64,000 nucleotides of DNA from the NCBI GenBank assembly GCA_038063055.1, contig JBBTVY010000005.1, positions 2,444-66,443 of the forward strand. The letters run 5' to 3'. The notes under the pieces were generated by a model. It was given only the letters and a program-made list of their open reading frames with translations. It ran no database searches and had not been told where the DNA came from. Below, one piece after another: positions 30,805 to 42,536 of the stretch (the first letter of the stretch is position 1; every line of letters starts with the position of its first letter). This DNA is from Patescibacteria group bacterium. Its GTDB lineage: Bacteria > Patescibacteriota > Minisyncoccia > UBA6257 > 2-01-FULL-56-20. Both the position numbers and the translations under genes were made by a program.

Positions 30805-31278
30805 TCACCAATCTATTCTGCCTTCCGAATTAACGCCGATGTCCAGCGACTTTATGCCGTTTGAAACGGAAATTGTTCCGGAAACGCTGGAGCCGGCGTC
30901 CAATGAAGAAAAGGTCAGCTCGTCCGGCCCGGTGAGATTCATGCCGCCCGTCCTGCTGAATATCTCGTCATAGGCGTTGTTTCTTGACGCATAGGTGTTG
31001 CCCTGGAAAATTACGTAACTTAAAGACAGGCCGAAATACACGCCGTGGTTCGATTGATTAACGTTATTTTGGGCTTCGTTGCGGGCTCTTTTAAGGACGG
31101 CCGCTATTGTTTCCCTTTCTGCCCCCAAAATCTTTTGTCTGTAAAAATCCATGCTGAAAATAAGGCCTAAAGAAAACAAAATGCCCATCAATCCGATGGC
31201 TATTAAAATTTCCCACAAAGTGAATCCCCCGCATAAATTCGTTATGTGGGGGATAAACCCCCTTTTATTCTTATCCAT
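30805..31278 (-). CDS. Pseudopilin (GspH/FimT-like minor pilin)
   Basis: 'GG|FTLWEILIAIGLMGILFSL'; start at 31278 (MDKNKRGF) or 31299. Confidence 0.55.
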   Translation of the reverse strand: MDKNKRGFIPHITNLCGGFTLWEILIAIGLMGILFSLGLIFSMDFYRQKILGAERETIAAVLKRARNEAQNNVNQSNHGVYFGLSLSYVIFQGNTYASRNNAYDEIFSRTGGMNLTGPDELTFSSLDAGSSVSGTISVSNGIKSLDIGVNSEGRIDW

Positions 31279-32356
31279 GTACGCCGGAAGTAACTTCATA
31301 AATCGGAGTGATAATCGAAAGAGCCACGAAACCGACGATTATTCCCATAACCAGAAGAAGAAGCGGTTCCAGAAGGCTCGTAAGGTTGCTGACCGTGATT
31401 CCGACTTCCTCGGAGTAGTATTCGGAAAGGTAAAAAAGATTGTCTTCGAGATTACCGGTGCTTTCCCCTATTTCGATGAGGCTTGAAAGAATCACCGGAA
31501 AAAGTTTTTTATCTTTGGAGATAAGGGCAACGAATTGCTCGCCTCGGCCCACGCTGTCGGCGGCATCAAGAAGAATTTTCCGGTAAACAAGATTGTCCAT
31601 CGTATAAGCGGTTACCTTAATGGCTTCAACTATTCTGACTCCGCTTTTCAGAAGCACGCCCATTGTCCTGGTGAAATTGGACATGGCGATGTTTATCGTC
31701 ATGGAAGAAATGACTGGGATGTAAAACAGAAACTTATGGAAAAAATATTTTATCGGCTGAAAGCGTATGGAAATCCTGAAGAGCGCGAAAACCGCCGCGA
31801 AACCGAGCGCCATAATCAACCAATAATTAAGCATGAAGTTGAAGACGGCGATGAGTATTTTTGTCGTCAGCGGCAATTCTATCCTGAGGCTCGAAAATAT
31901 CGGCAGGACTTTCGGGAAAATGGAAAACGTCAGAAGAGCCGTTATGCCGATTGTGGCCAGGAAAATTATTACCGGATAAACCATCGCGGAACGAATTTTA
32001 GTTTTAAGATCCTTGGATTTTTTCATTTCTTCGGACAAGTAAAGAAGATTCTGCGGAAGGGTGCCGCTTTGTTCGCCGATACGCACGATACTTACGAAAA
32101 AATCGTTGAAAATGTTTTTGTGTTTTTCAAGCACCTGCGCCAAAAATTGCCCGTTTTCCACGCCATCCATAAGGTCGCCGATTACCGCGTCCAGCGTTTT
32201 CGACTGGGTTTGCTTTTTCATTATCCTGAGAGCATCCATCAGAGGCAACCCGGCCCTGATGGTAAGGGAAAGATGGCGCGCGAAATTTATCTTTTCCTGG
32301 TCCGAAACGCGGCTGAAAATCCGGCTCCAGAAAAATTTTCCCCGTTTTTTATTCAT
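31271..32356 (-). CDS. pilC: Type IV pilus assembly platform protein PilC (GspF family)
   Basis: Two T2SSF-like halves and three TM regions; adjacent to pilB. Confidence 0.8.
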   Translation of the reverse strand: MNKKRGKFFWSRIFSRVSDQEKINFARHLSLTIRAGLPLMDALRIMKKQTQSKTLDAVIGDLMDGVENGQFLAQVLEKHKNIFNDFFVSIVRIGEQSGTLPQNLLYLSEEMKKSKDLKTKIRSAMVYPVIIFLATIGITALLTFSIFPKVLPIFSSLRIELPLTTKILIAVFNFMLNYWLIMALGFAAVFALFRISIRFQPIKYFFHKFLFYIPVISSMTINIAMSNFTRTMGVLLKSGVRIVEAIKVTAYTMDNLVYRKILLDAADSVGRGEQFVALISKDKKLFPVILSSLIEIGESTGNLEDNLFYLSEYYSEEVGITVSNLTSLLEPLLLLVMGIIVGFVALSIITPIYEVTSGVHG

Positions 32357-33578
32357 GTATTATTCTCAGAACTTCTTCTATCGTCGTGATTCCCTGTTTC
32401 GCTTTTTCAAGGCCATCTTGCAGCATCGTTGTCATTCCGGCGCGTACGGCTGCCTCCTTTATCTGCTGGGAGCTGGCGCGCGACATTATAAGGTCGCGTA
32501 TTTTTTCGTCTATTTCCAGAACTTCGCGTATGCCTATTCTACCCTCATAACCCGTATTGCCGCATTTATCGCAGCCAACGCCAACATAAAAAGTTTTCGT
32601 GTCGCCGATTTCCGGAATTATCTCTTTAAGGCTGGATAATTCCTCTTTGTTCATTGAGCGCCCGCTTTTACATTTCTGGCAAATAGTTCTGACAAGGCGC
32701 TGACCCATGGCGATGTTGACCGTCGAGGCCGCGAGAAACGGCGGAACACCCATGTCGATGAGGCGCGGAAAAGTAGTGGCGGCGTCGTTGGTGTGAAGAG
32801 TCGAAAGAACAAGGTGTCCGGTTAAAGAAGCGTTGACGGCGATATCGGCCGTTTCCTGGTCGCGGATTTCGCCGACCATAACCACGTTCGGGTCCTGGCG
32901 GAGAATGGAACGGAGGCCGTTGGCGAAGGTCAGCCCGACTTTATTGTCAACCTGAATCTGGGTCGTCCCCTCCAGTGAATATTCAATGGGGTCTTCTATG
33001 GTGATTATGGAAACTTCCGGGCTGTTAAGTTTTTTTAAAATCGTGTAGAGCGTTGTCGTTTTTCCGGAACCGGTCGGGCCGTTGGCGAGAATCATTCCGT
33101 ACGGCTTGGTCATTTCGCGTTTCACTTTTTCCAAATCTTTTTTGGCGAATCCCAAATCTTCAATGCTGAACGAGCTGGTTTCGGCAAGAATTCTGAGAAT
33201 GGCGTTTTCGCCGTAGTAAGTCGGCATTATGGAAACCCGGACATCAACGTTGCCAAATCCCTCTATTTCCACCCTGAAGCGGCCATCCTGCGGCAAAAGA
33301 TGTTCGTCGGTGCGAAGCCCCGACAGAACTTTGATGCGGCTGATAAACTCCTGATGGATGATTTTAGGAATCCCCTTTTCCAAAATGTCGCGGAGTATTC
33401 CGTCTATTCTGAAACGGAGCCGGACGGTTTCCGCCGTCGGTTCTATGTGTATGTCGGAAGCGCGCGAGCTGTAGGCGTATTCTATGAACAAATCTACGAC
33501 TTCAACCACGGAAACATCTTCGGCTTTGCCGGAGAGTTTCTTTTCAATCAACGTCCTGATAGTTTTTATGTCACGCAT
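32349..33578 (-). CDS. pilB: Type IV pilus assembly ATPase PilB/GspE (core only, no N-terminal GSPII domains)
   Basis: Walker A 'GPTGSGKTT'; His box; C-terminal tetra-Cys 'CQKC...CDKC'. Confidence 0.85.
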   Translation of the reverse strand: MRDIKTIRTLIEKKLSGKAEDVSVVEVVDLFIEYAYSSRASDIHIEPTAETVRLRFRIDGILRDILEKGIPKIIHQEFISRIKVLSGLRTDEHLLPQDGRFRVEIEGFGNVDVRVSIMPTYYGENAILRILAETSSFSIEDLGFAKKDLEKVKREMTKPYGMILANGPTGSGKTTTLYTILKKLNSPEVSIITIEDPIEYSLEGTTQIQVDNKVGLTFANGLRSILRQDPNVVMVGEIRDQETADIAVNASLTGHLVLSTLHTNDAATTFPRLIDMGVPPFLAASTVNIAMGQRLVRTICQKCKSGRSMNKEELSSLKEIIPEIGDTKTFYVGVGCDKCGNTGYEGRIGIREVLEIDEKIRDLIMSRASSQQIKEAAVRAGMTTMLQDGLEKAKQGITTIEEVLRIIHE

Positions 33579-33624
33579 TGGATTTTGTTAAGTTTATTAT
33601 AACACACAAAGAGGACAAAAAGAG

Positions 33625-33652
33625 CCCGATGTCGGGGCTTTTTAAAAATTCG
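33625..33652 (-). terminator. Possible terminator hairpin between ftsX and pilB
   Basis: 'gagcccgatgtcggggcttttt'. Confidence 0.4.
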
Positions 33653-33672
33653 ACGCGATTTTGGCGGCAAAA

Positions 33673-34581
33673 TCAGTTTTTAAGATAGCGCCTTACCGCT
33701 ATGAAACTCGAAAGTCCGCCTATCACGGCCGCGAGAAGAACCTGGTACATCGTCAGCCTAAAAACGCTTGAAGCAAAATAATTGAAAACATTAAGCTGCG
33801 GTATGAAGGAATTAAGATATGGCGAAGCCAAATAAATAATCGGCGCTGAAATTATCACGCTGGAAAGCGCGGCTATGACTCCGCCGACCACTCCCTCGAC
33901 TATATACGGACCGCGCACGAGGCCGTTGGAAGCCCCGACCGACCGCATTATGCCTATTTCATCGCGGTTCGAATATATGGCCAGGCGTATCGTGTTGAAA
34001 ACGACAAGTCCGGCCACCAGCGCTATGGTTATCGTCAAAACGATTCCGCCGCGGCTGACGTTCTGGATAATGGCGTTAAGCCTTTCTATAGCCAGCTGGT
34101 TTTTGGCGTAGCTGACGCTGTCCACGAATTTTTTCAAATCGGGAGCGTTGAAATAATCCGCGATAGCCGCGTACTGGTTCGGCTTCTTCGCCCTTATATT
34201 AAGAGAGGCCTCCAATGGATTGCTGTTAAGTTCGCTGATGGCCTGACTGATGGTCTGGTCGTCGCTGTGCTTGCTTTTGAAAATCTCCAGCGCCTGGTCG
34301 CTCGACACGTATTCGACGTTTTTAACTTCCGCCATGTTTTCAAGCGAATTTTTTATGTTAAGTATCTCGTCTTCCGGCGCGTTGGTTTTGAAATAAACGC
34401 TGATGTCTATTTTGTCCTGAATGGAAACCAGCGCCTCCTGCGTCACAAAATTGAAAATAATCAAGCCCATCGAGACGAGCAGCGCCAAAATCATGATTGC
34501 GACCGTGGCCGCGGACAGCCAGCCGTTCCTCCAGAAGTTTTTCATCCCGTATTGAAATATTCTTGAAATGACAGTGAACAT
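33673..34581 (-). CDS. ftsX: Cell-division ABC transporter permease FtsX
   Basis: 4-TM FtsX topology with a large extracellular loop; follows ftsE. Confidence 0.75.
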   Translation of the reverse strand: MFTVISRIFQYGMKNFWRNGWLSAATVAIMILALLVSMGLIIFNFVTQEALVSIQDKIDISVYFKTNAPEDEILNIKNSLENMAEVKNVEYVSSDQALEIFKSKHSDDQTISQAISELNSNPLEASLNIRAKKPNQYAAIADYFNAPDLKKFVDSVSYAKNQLAIERLNAIIQNVSRGGIVLTITIALVAGLVVFNTIRLAIYSNRDEIGIMRSVGASNGLVRGPYIVEGVVGGVIAALSSVIISAPIIYLASPYLNSFIPQLNVFNYFASSVFRLTMYQVLLAAVIGGLSSFIAVRRYLKN

Positions 34582-34630
34582 TAATTTAACAATTAGTTAA
34601 TTGAGCAATTGCGCAATTGCTTCTCTTTTA

Positions 34631-35314
34631 TTATACCAATATGTATTTTCCTTTTTCCTCGTCCCTTATTATTCTGCCTCTGTCTATCGTCACGACGCGC
34701 TTGCCGAGGTCGTTGATTATGTCTTTGTCGTGGGTCGCGAGAATCAGCGTCGTCCCGAGTTCATTTATCTTCTTCAGAAGCGCGATAATTTCGGATGTGT
34801 GAAAAGGGTCGAGATTTCCCGTCGGCTCGTCGGCGATGATAACTTCAGGCCGGTTGACCATGGCGCGCGCGATGGCGACCCTCTGCTGTTCGCCGCCTGA
34901 AAGTTCGTGCGGGAAGTTTTTAAACTTGTCGCTGAGGCCGACCATCTCGAGAACCTGCGGCACCATTTCTTTTATTTCGCTCTGCAGCCTGCCTGCGGCT
35001 TCCATGGCGAAAGCGACGTTTTCGTAGGTATTCTTGTTTGACAAAAGCCGGAAATCCTGGAAGACGACTCCGATATGACGCCTGAAAAGCGGAAGTTTAT
35101 GGTCGTCAAGTTTGTTCACTTCGTACTGTCCGAAAAATATGCGGCCGCGAGTCGGTTTTTCTTCGCCTATCAATAGCTTGATGGCTGTGGATTTTCCGGC
35201 CCCGGAACGTCCAACTAAACAAACAAATTCCCCCGGATTTATCCTGAGATTGAAGTCTTCAAGGGCCACCGAGTGGCTGTTATAGATTTTAAATATCGAT
35301 TGAAAGGCAATCAT
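34631..35314 (-). CDS. ftsE: Cell-division ABC transporter ATPase FtsE
   Basis: 'GRSGAGKST', '[14 protein letters not shown]', '[11 protein letters not shown]'. Confidence 0.85.
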   Translation of the reverse strand: MIAFQSIFKIYNSHSVALEDFNLRINPGEFVCLVGRSGAGKSTAIKLLIGEEKPTRGRIFFGQYEVNKLDDHKLPLFRRHIGVVFQDFRLLSNKNTYENVAFAMEAAGRLQSEIKEMVPQVLEMVGLSDKFKNFPHELSGGEQQRVAIARAMVNRPEVIIADEPTGNLDPFHTSEIIALLKKINELGTTLILATHDKDIINDLGKRVVTIDRGRIIRDEEKGKYILV

Positions 35315-35405
35315 AATGGGCGAGAATCTAGAAGCTAGAAAATGGAATCTAGAAACGATTTAACTCTCGTATTATAACCTAATTCAGATAAATTTATCAA
35401 CTTGA

Positions 35406-36460
35406 TTACAATTTTTCCACTTCTGCCTCGATAAAAACGTCTAAATTGCCGTTTAGCACTTCGTCCACCTGCGTCGTTTCGGCCTCCGTCCTGTGGTCTT
35501 TTACGAGCTTATACGGATTCATCACATAAGAGCGTATCTGGCTGCCCCATTCGGGTTTGACGTTGACGCGGAGGTTGGCCAGTTCTTCAACCTTGTGCTT
35601 TTCCATAAGTTGCGAGAGTTTGGATTTCAATAAGCTCAAGGCGCGCTGGCGGTTTTGTTCCTGCGAGCGTTCCGCGCGCGAACCAGCCGACAATCCCGTC
35701 GGAATATGGACTATTCTGACGGCGGTTTCAACTTTGTTGACGTTCTGTCCGCCTGGGCCCCCGGAACGTGAAAATTCCAGCTTCAAATCCTTTTCAGGAA
35801 TTTCTATTTTAGATTCTTCCACCGCGGGAAGTTCAGGCGTCACTTCAACCAGAGCGAAAGAAGTGTGCCGCAATTGTTTTGACGAAAACGGCGAAACTCT
35901 TACCAGCCGGTGGACGCCTGATTCGCCTTTCAAATATCCGAAAGCGTACTCCCCTTTTATTTCGAGCGTCCGCCGATTCGGCGTGTCGTCCAAAACTTCG
36001 GCTTTCCATCCGCGCCTGACCGCGTAGCTCTTGTACATATCAAAAAGCATCAAAGCCCAGTCGCCGGCGTCCTCTCCTCCCGCGCCGGGATAAACCGAGA
36101 CTACCGCCGTTTCTTTGTCGTACTTGCCCTTGAAAAGTTCCACGAGTTCCAGCTGCCTGAATTTTCTTTTGGCTTCGTGAAATTTATTTATGGTAAGCGG
36201 AGTCGAACCACTTTTGTTCAATTCCTTCTCGAGTTCTTCGATTAAATTTTCCACTTCGCGGTGACGCTTTATCAAAGCATCGAGCTCGCCGAAAGTTTTT
36301 ATTTTTTCGTCCGCCGTTTGCCTGTTCAGCCAAAAATCAGGCCGCGACATTCCGGCTTCGATTTCGTTCTTCAGTTTTTCTTTTCCGGCGACGTCAAAGC
36401 CGGCCGCCTAAACGGCGGCATTCGGTTTTAAGCTCCTGTAATTCTTGTTTGATATCCATG
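35406..36460 (-). CDS. prfB: Peptide chain release factor 2 with programmed +1 ribosomal frameshift (CUU UGA C) at about 36393..36399
   Basis: Frame 0 '[21 protein letters not shown]' then UGA. The +1 frame continues '[22 protein letters not shown]...' into the listed ORF. 'SPF' and 'GGQ' motifs present. Confidence 0.85.
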
Positions 36461-36466
36461 GGGAGA

Positions 36467-36712
36467 TTATAGTTCTTTTTTAATTTGATTCCAATCAACT
36501 TCGCTTATCTCTTCTAATTCTTTGAGTACATATTTTAAAGTTTGTTTGGGCAGATAAAAAGGAATAGTTACGGATTTCTGATTTCTCGGCCATATTGCTT
36601 TAAAATGGCTTCCGTTTCCGCCAACTTTATTAATTTCAAAACCTACCCTTTGCAGGGCTTTACAAAAACGATTCTGCTTAATTTCTCCAGGTAATTCACT
36701 AAGCGAGGGCAT
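36467..36712 (-). CDS. hicA: HicA-family mRNA interferase toxin
   Basis: YcfA/HicA-like 'LQRVGFEINKVGGNGSHFKAIWP...VTIPF'. Confidence 0.6.
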   Translation of the reverse strand: MPSLSELPGEIKQNRFCKALQRVGFEINKVGGNGSHFKAIWPRNQKSVTIPFYLPKQTLKYVLKELEEISEVDWNQIKKEL

Positions 36713-37025
36713 AGGCGTTCTGCCGTTCCCCTTCCCTAATTATTGCTGCCTCTTTTTTGTAAGAAGAAGGAACTTCGAATGAAGTCAAAATCGCATCTCT
36801 CACGTTTTTATCGAGTTCTTCCAAATTACGCCCATGGGCAATTATGCTGCCGTATTTAAAATTAGTACTAACAGAAACTATAAGACCATCGTCTTTATGA
36901 TTTTTGAATTCAATCGCGCCATACTGCCTGAAATATTTATTAAGCTCATAAAGCCCGCTGGGAACGACCGCCTTCCCCAACAAAACCTTTATCGCCTTGT
37001 CTTTTGCTACTTTAATTAAGTTCAT
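36699..37025 (-). CDS. hicB: HicB-family antitoxin (RNase H-like N-terminal domain)
   Basis: UPF0150-like 'YGAIEFKNHKDDGLIVSVSTNFKYGSIIAHGRNLEELDKNVRDAI'; 14-nt overlap with hicA. Confidence 0.5.
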   Translation of the reverse strand: MNLIKVAKDKAIKVLLGKAVVPSGLYELNKYFRQYGAIEFKNHKDDGLIVSVSTNFKYGSIIAHGRNLEELDKNVRDAILTSFEVPSSYKKEAAIIREGERQNAYALA

Positions 37026-37235
37026 TTATGGTGAGCTATGTCGAACTATTAGATGCTCTTTAATACGACCTAATTTAATATATGTCAATGCAATTTCTAT
37101 TTATTTTAAATTATAGCATATTCTATTCGCTTAGTCCTTGCTTGAGGTCCATGGGGAGATTATACATAAATTGTTGGATTTTGAAAGTTATAAAAATGAA
37201 GCAGGCATTGCCGAGTTCAGATATCTCGGTCAGAT

Positions 37236-37994
37236 TTAATTTTGAACCTTATAATCGTGGATGACGGCATCATCTGGCAAGGAAGAAATATCAAAGCCCG
37301 CTTCATTATAAGTTATAATTCTTTGTAGTTCTGTTTTATCAATGGGCTTTTTTTGGATTATTTTTCCAAAAATAATGCAGTTTGGATGCCAAACTCCCGG
37401 ATCACCATTTGTCACTTGTAAATGTAGGGCGATGGCGTGGTGATTTTTTTCAGCTTTTACGGTTTTGACAGCGATGCTCTGAGGCAAAATTTCTGATACT
37501 CTAGTAAAATCAAGTTCTACCGAAAGCTCGTAAAAACTGATTTGTGGGCATTGCACACTTTCCCATTCGAAAATTATCAAATCCTCACTTTCCCTTTTTG
37601 TTGCCAAATTATATTTAGGCAGATATTCACGTGGAGCTGGGGTAAAAACACAATGCAGGCGAAACCCATGCTCGTTAAATGGTTGAGGCTCGACTTCTTC
37701 TATCAGGTGTTCTTCCTTGCTTCCAATGCTTCTCCTTTTTAAATAAAGACGTTTTGGGTGAATAGAAAGGTGAATTTCCTCACCATTTTCGACTACCCGT
37801 TTTTTTAATTTGTTTGTAGAAAAATCGCCGAAAGATCTCAATAAATGAAACGGTTCAGCAACGTCGAGCGGAGTTTTTTCGTCTGCGAGATGGTTATATA
37901 AGAAATAACTTCCGTCCTTTCCTGAATAAAAAATGGACAAAAACTTGTAATAATCTTTTTTGGTTTTTAGGAGAACGATTATTCTTTTTCTCAT
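37236..37994 (-). CDS. Hypothetical protein (252 aa) between tRNA-Ile and hicAB
   Basis: ORF only; no recognisable motif. Confidence 0.45.
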   Translation of the reverse strand: MRKRIIVLLKTKKDYYKFLSIFYSGKDGSYFLYNHLADEKTPLDVAEPFHLLRSFGDFSTNKLKKRVVENGEEIHLSIHPKRLYLKRRSIGSKEEHLIEEVEPQPFNEHGFRLHCVFTPAPREYLPKYNLATKRESEDLIIFEWESVQCPQISFYELSVELDFTRVSEILPQSIAVKTVKAEKNHHAIALHLQVTNGDPGVWHPNCIIFGKIIQKKPIDKTELQRIITYNEAGFDISSLPDDAVIHDYKVQN

Positions 37995-38061
37995 AATAGT
38001 AGCATGGTCAGTTTCATAATATCCTAGAGTGGAAATGGTATCTCGATGAAAATATCGTTTG

Positions 38062-38134
38062 TGGGCCAGGAAGGACTCGAACCTTCGATCCTCAAGGTAT
38101 AAGCTTGATGCTTTAGCCGCTAAGCTACTGGCCC
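38062..38134 (-). tRNA. tRNA-Ile with UAU anticodon (reads AUA)
   Basis: Clean cloverleaf GGGCCAG/CTGGCCC, anticodon stem TCAAG/CTTGA, loop CTTATAC (U33, A37), T-loop TTCGAGT, A73. Confidence 0.7.
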
Positions 38135-38144
38135 AAAACTGAGA

Positions 38145-39980
<1,836 letters not shown>

Positions 39981-40162
39981 TTATTTAAAAAGTTTGGGTT
40001 AAATGAAACAGTAAGATTTTAACTTAATTTATGGACGCCGTCAAAAAAAGCAGTAGTCCGCTCCGGGCGGATCACTTATCGGAAAAAACAATGGCTCTTC
40101 GCGGAAAACTTCCCGCGAAGAGCCGGAACATACTGGCGCCCCAAACAGGTAAAGGGCTTGCC

Positions 40163-40576
40163 TTACTGCCCGACAAACACCGGGGTGTTGTAGGCCTTCT
40201 GGGCAAGCTGATGGCCTCGAACCGTAGCCACTTCTTCGCAAACGGCATCATAAAAAACGAGTCCGACGCCGAAATTGATTGCCTGAGCGATAAGTCCGCC
40301 ACCGGGAACAGAAAAACCCCACGTCTCCGTTACGGACAGTATGCCAATGACCGCGCAGAACACGAAGCATAGTTCGCTTACCAGGAAATACAATGCGGGC
40401 AAGTTCTTGTTGATAGTGCCCCCGCCGATATCCAGGAGGATTTTGAACGTTGACTCCGGCCGGAATTTTTCGTCCGGCGCGAAAAAGAGCAGCCACGACG
40501 CAAGAGCGATTGACGCCAAAATCAGCGCCGGACTGGCCAAAAAAGCCAGCAACAGCAAAAACTCATTCATATTCAT
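40163..40576 (-). CDS. Hypothetical membrane protein
   Basis: Hydrophobic ORF; competing ORFs on the same span judged less plausible. Confidence 0.35.
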   Translation of the reverse strand: MNMNEFLLLLAFLASPALILASIALASWLLFFAPDEKFRPESTFKILLDIGGGTINKNLPALYFLVSELCFVFCAVIGILSVTETWGFSVPGGGLIAQAINFGVGLVFYDAVCEEVATVRGHQLAQKAYNTPVFVGQ

Positions 40577-40856
40577 GATATTATTCCCTTTTCAAGTTTC
40601 TGTTTCTGTTCTCCACGGTAGAATTACCGCGAAGGCTATCCTTCAATGACCATAAAAAATACAACTTTTATTATGAAAAGTCAATTCTTCGACCTTGCTC
40701 AGGATTGACACTGAGCTTACTTGTGGTGAGCTTGCCCGCAGTGAGCTTGTCGAACCTGTCGAACCCATCGAATGTATCAAAAAAACGAGCACCTGGTGGA
40801 AAAACCATAGTGCTCGGCTGATTAAAATATTCCTGAAGCGCGGGGAATGTCCTTGT

Positions 40857-41555
40857 TTATTCGTTTTTGTTTTTGACGGCCGCCGCCAAAATTCGAAGCA
40901 GGAAAACGAGAATTATAAATAACGAAGATATCAAAGTAATGGAAATCAATCCGTACTGGTAGCTTGCCGGGTCGAACCATCCCTTGAAGCCCATGATGGC
41001 GACATGGAGAAGTGTGAAAAAATAAGCAAGATAACCCAGCCGTTGGACTGATTTCCAATGTCCGGGTTTCATTCTTTCTTCAATCGCCGGAACGGAAGCA
41101 ATGGAAACAGCGGAAAAAACAAGGAAAGCCAAAACTCCGAAAAGAAGAGAAGTTTCTCCGATAAAGTTCATTTTCCCGCCCAAATCGAAAAATCTCGGAT
41201 AGTAAGCCGGGCTAAGAATCGCGAGCGAAATGAGTGAATGCAGGGCGGCCGTGCCGAACCCCAGAACACCGAGCGGTTTCCTTAAATAAAGCTTTGAATC
41301 AAAAATTTGCGGCCAGAACCGCGCCAGTGGGCCAAGAACAAACGACAAACCGATAATTATTAAAGCGGAAAGTGCGATAGCTTTATTGGCTATGAAAAGC
41401 GGAATCTGCTCTAATGGAACATTGCGTACGATATTATATCGCACGAACGCATATAAAAAAGACAAGCCGAAAACCAGCAAAGAAATAAAAAATCCTTTTT
41501 TCCATCCCCCTGTCTGCGCAGGCAGGCCGGACTGATTTGGGTTCGTTACGTCCAT
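40857..41555 (-). CDS. Ferric-reductase-like transmembrane domain protein (YedZ/MsrQ-like, 6 TM, conserved His)
   Basis: Six predicted TM helices with His in 'AALHSLISL' and 'LLHVAIMG'. Confidence 0.4.
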   Translation of the reverse strand: MDVTNPNQSGLPAQTGGWKKGFFISLLVFGLSFLYAFVRYNIVRNVPLEQIPLFIANKAIALSALIIIGLSFVLGPLARFWPQIFDSKLYLRKPLGVLGFGTAALHSLISLAILSPAYYPRFFDLGGKMNFIGETSLLFGVLAFLVFSAVSIASVPAIEERMKPGHWKSVQRLGYLAYFFTLLHVAIMGFKGWFDPASYQYGLISITLISSLFIILVFLLRILAAAVKNKNE

Positions 41556-41606
41556 AAGATTATTTCTTGATGCGTTATAACAAATTTCTCGTAAGCGCGT
41601 CAGGAA

Positions 41607-41867
41607 TTATATTGCTGCCGTAAAGGCAGTTATTATTCCCAAAACAACGGCAGGCACGTTGCAGACGATAATCGGCCAAGATTTTTTTTCCAAGAAAGAG
41701 CCGTAGGTTGTCCACGCGGCTCCGTTTATCGCCGCAATAATCGGCAAAATGAGTGAGCCGGGATGTCCGGATAAATTCAATCTTATCTGGTCTATAAACG
41801 AAAAATACATGGCAATCGCCATCATGGAAGCGAACCATCCGATTCTTTCCACTATTTTTTGGTCCAT
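41607..41867 (-). CDS. SemiSWEET-like (PQ-loop/MtN3 family) small 3-TM transporter
   Basis: 86 aa; 'FIDQIRLNLSGHPGSLILPIIAAINGAAWTTYG' parallels the SemiSWEET 'Q.IK..R.......S......L.G...W..YG' pattern. Confidence 0.45.
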   Translation of the reverse strand: MDQKIVERIGWFASMMAIAMYFSFIDQIRLNLSGHPGSLILPIIAAINGAAWTTYGSFLEKKSWPIIVCNVPAVVLGIITAFTAAI

Positions 41868-41881
41868 AATCTTAAAGGATT

Positions 41882-42289
41882 TTATTTTCCTCTCTTAGCG
41901 TCCAAGCTCCACTGTCCGGCACCGGCCGCCGAGAAATAAAGGAATATGAAAGCGTAAAGAACCGCGGCGACTCCCCCGTTCATAACGGGCCAGAAACCGC
42001 CCGGGAAATGAAACTGGAAATAAGCCACGGCCATCATGCCGGAGAGAATAAACGCAACCGGGCGCGTAAAGAGCCCTAGGATTAGTAAAACGCCGCCGAC
42101 TACTTCAAGAATTCCAGCTATTCCCATCTGGGACATTAATTCCACGGTTCCGCCTGCCGGCGGGATTCCCGCCGGAAAAGCAAACAGTTTCATCGTGCCC
42201 GCGAGCAGGAACATGAATGCCGCGACTATCCTCAAAACGCTCTGGAAATAAGGGCTCCAGGAAACCCATTTTGATGTGATGTTGTTCAT
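41882..42289 (-). CDS. DoxX-family membrane protein
   Basis: 'LRIVAAFMFLLAGTMKL...GILEVVGGVLLILGLFTRPVAFIL' DoxX pattern. Confidence 0.65.
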   Translation of the reverse strand: MNNITSKWVSWSPYFQSVLRIVAAFMFLLAGTMKLFAFPAGIPPAGGTVELMSQMGIAGILEVVGGVLLILGLFTRPVAFILSGMMAVAYFQFHFPGGFWPVMNGGVAAVLYAFIFLYFSAAGAGQWSLDAKRGK

Positions 42290-42296
42290 GTCTGTA

Positions 42297-42536
42297 TTAT
42301 AGCAAATGCTTATTTCTAAACGCTATACCAGAACCAGTTTTGAGATATGATTCAAATTCCAGCGCTTGGCTCTTTTTAGGAAAAGCGCAGAACCAAACAA
42401 GTTTAAATGGATAGCGAGCTCGAGAATATCTTTGAGTGCCGGAGTTATGCTCATCTAATCGTCTGCGCAAATCACTTGTGATGCCAGTATAATAACTCTT
42501 GTCTTTTTCGCTGCGTAAAAGATATGTAAAATACAT
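42297..42536 (-). CDS. GIY-YIG nuclease-domain small protein
   Basis: 'FTYLLRSEKDKSYYTGITSDLRRRLDEHNSG'. Confidence 0.7.
   Translation of the reverse strand: MYFTYLLRSEKDKSYYTGITSDLRRRLDEHNSGTQRYSRARYPFKLVWFCAFPKKSQALEFESYLKTGSGIAFRNKHLL

Noticed and set aside
37082-37264. 60-aa plus-strand ORF across the duplicated prfB start remnant
   Set aside because: It lies over the direct-repeat remnant and spacer, is AT-rich and low-complexity, and has no support.
40031-40576. Plus-strand ORF 40031..40372 versus minus-strand 40163..40576
   Set aside because: The minus-strand product is strongly hydrophobic and membrane-like, whereas the plus-strand product is featureless. Only the minus-strand ORF is reported, at low confidence.
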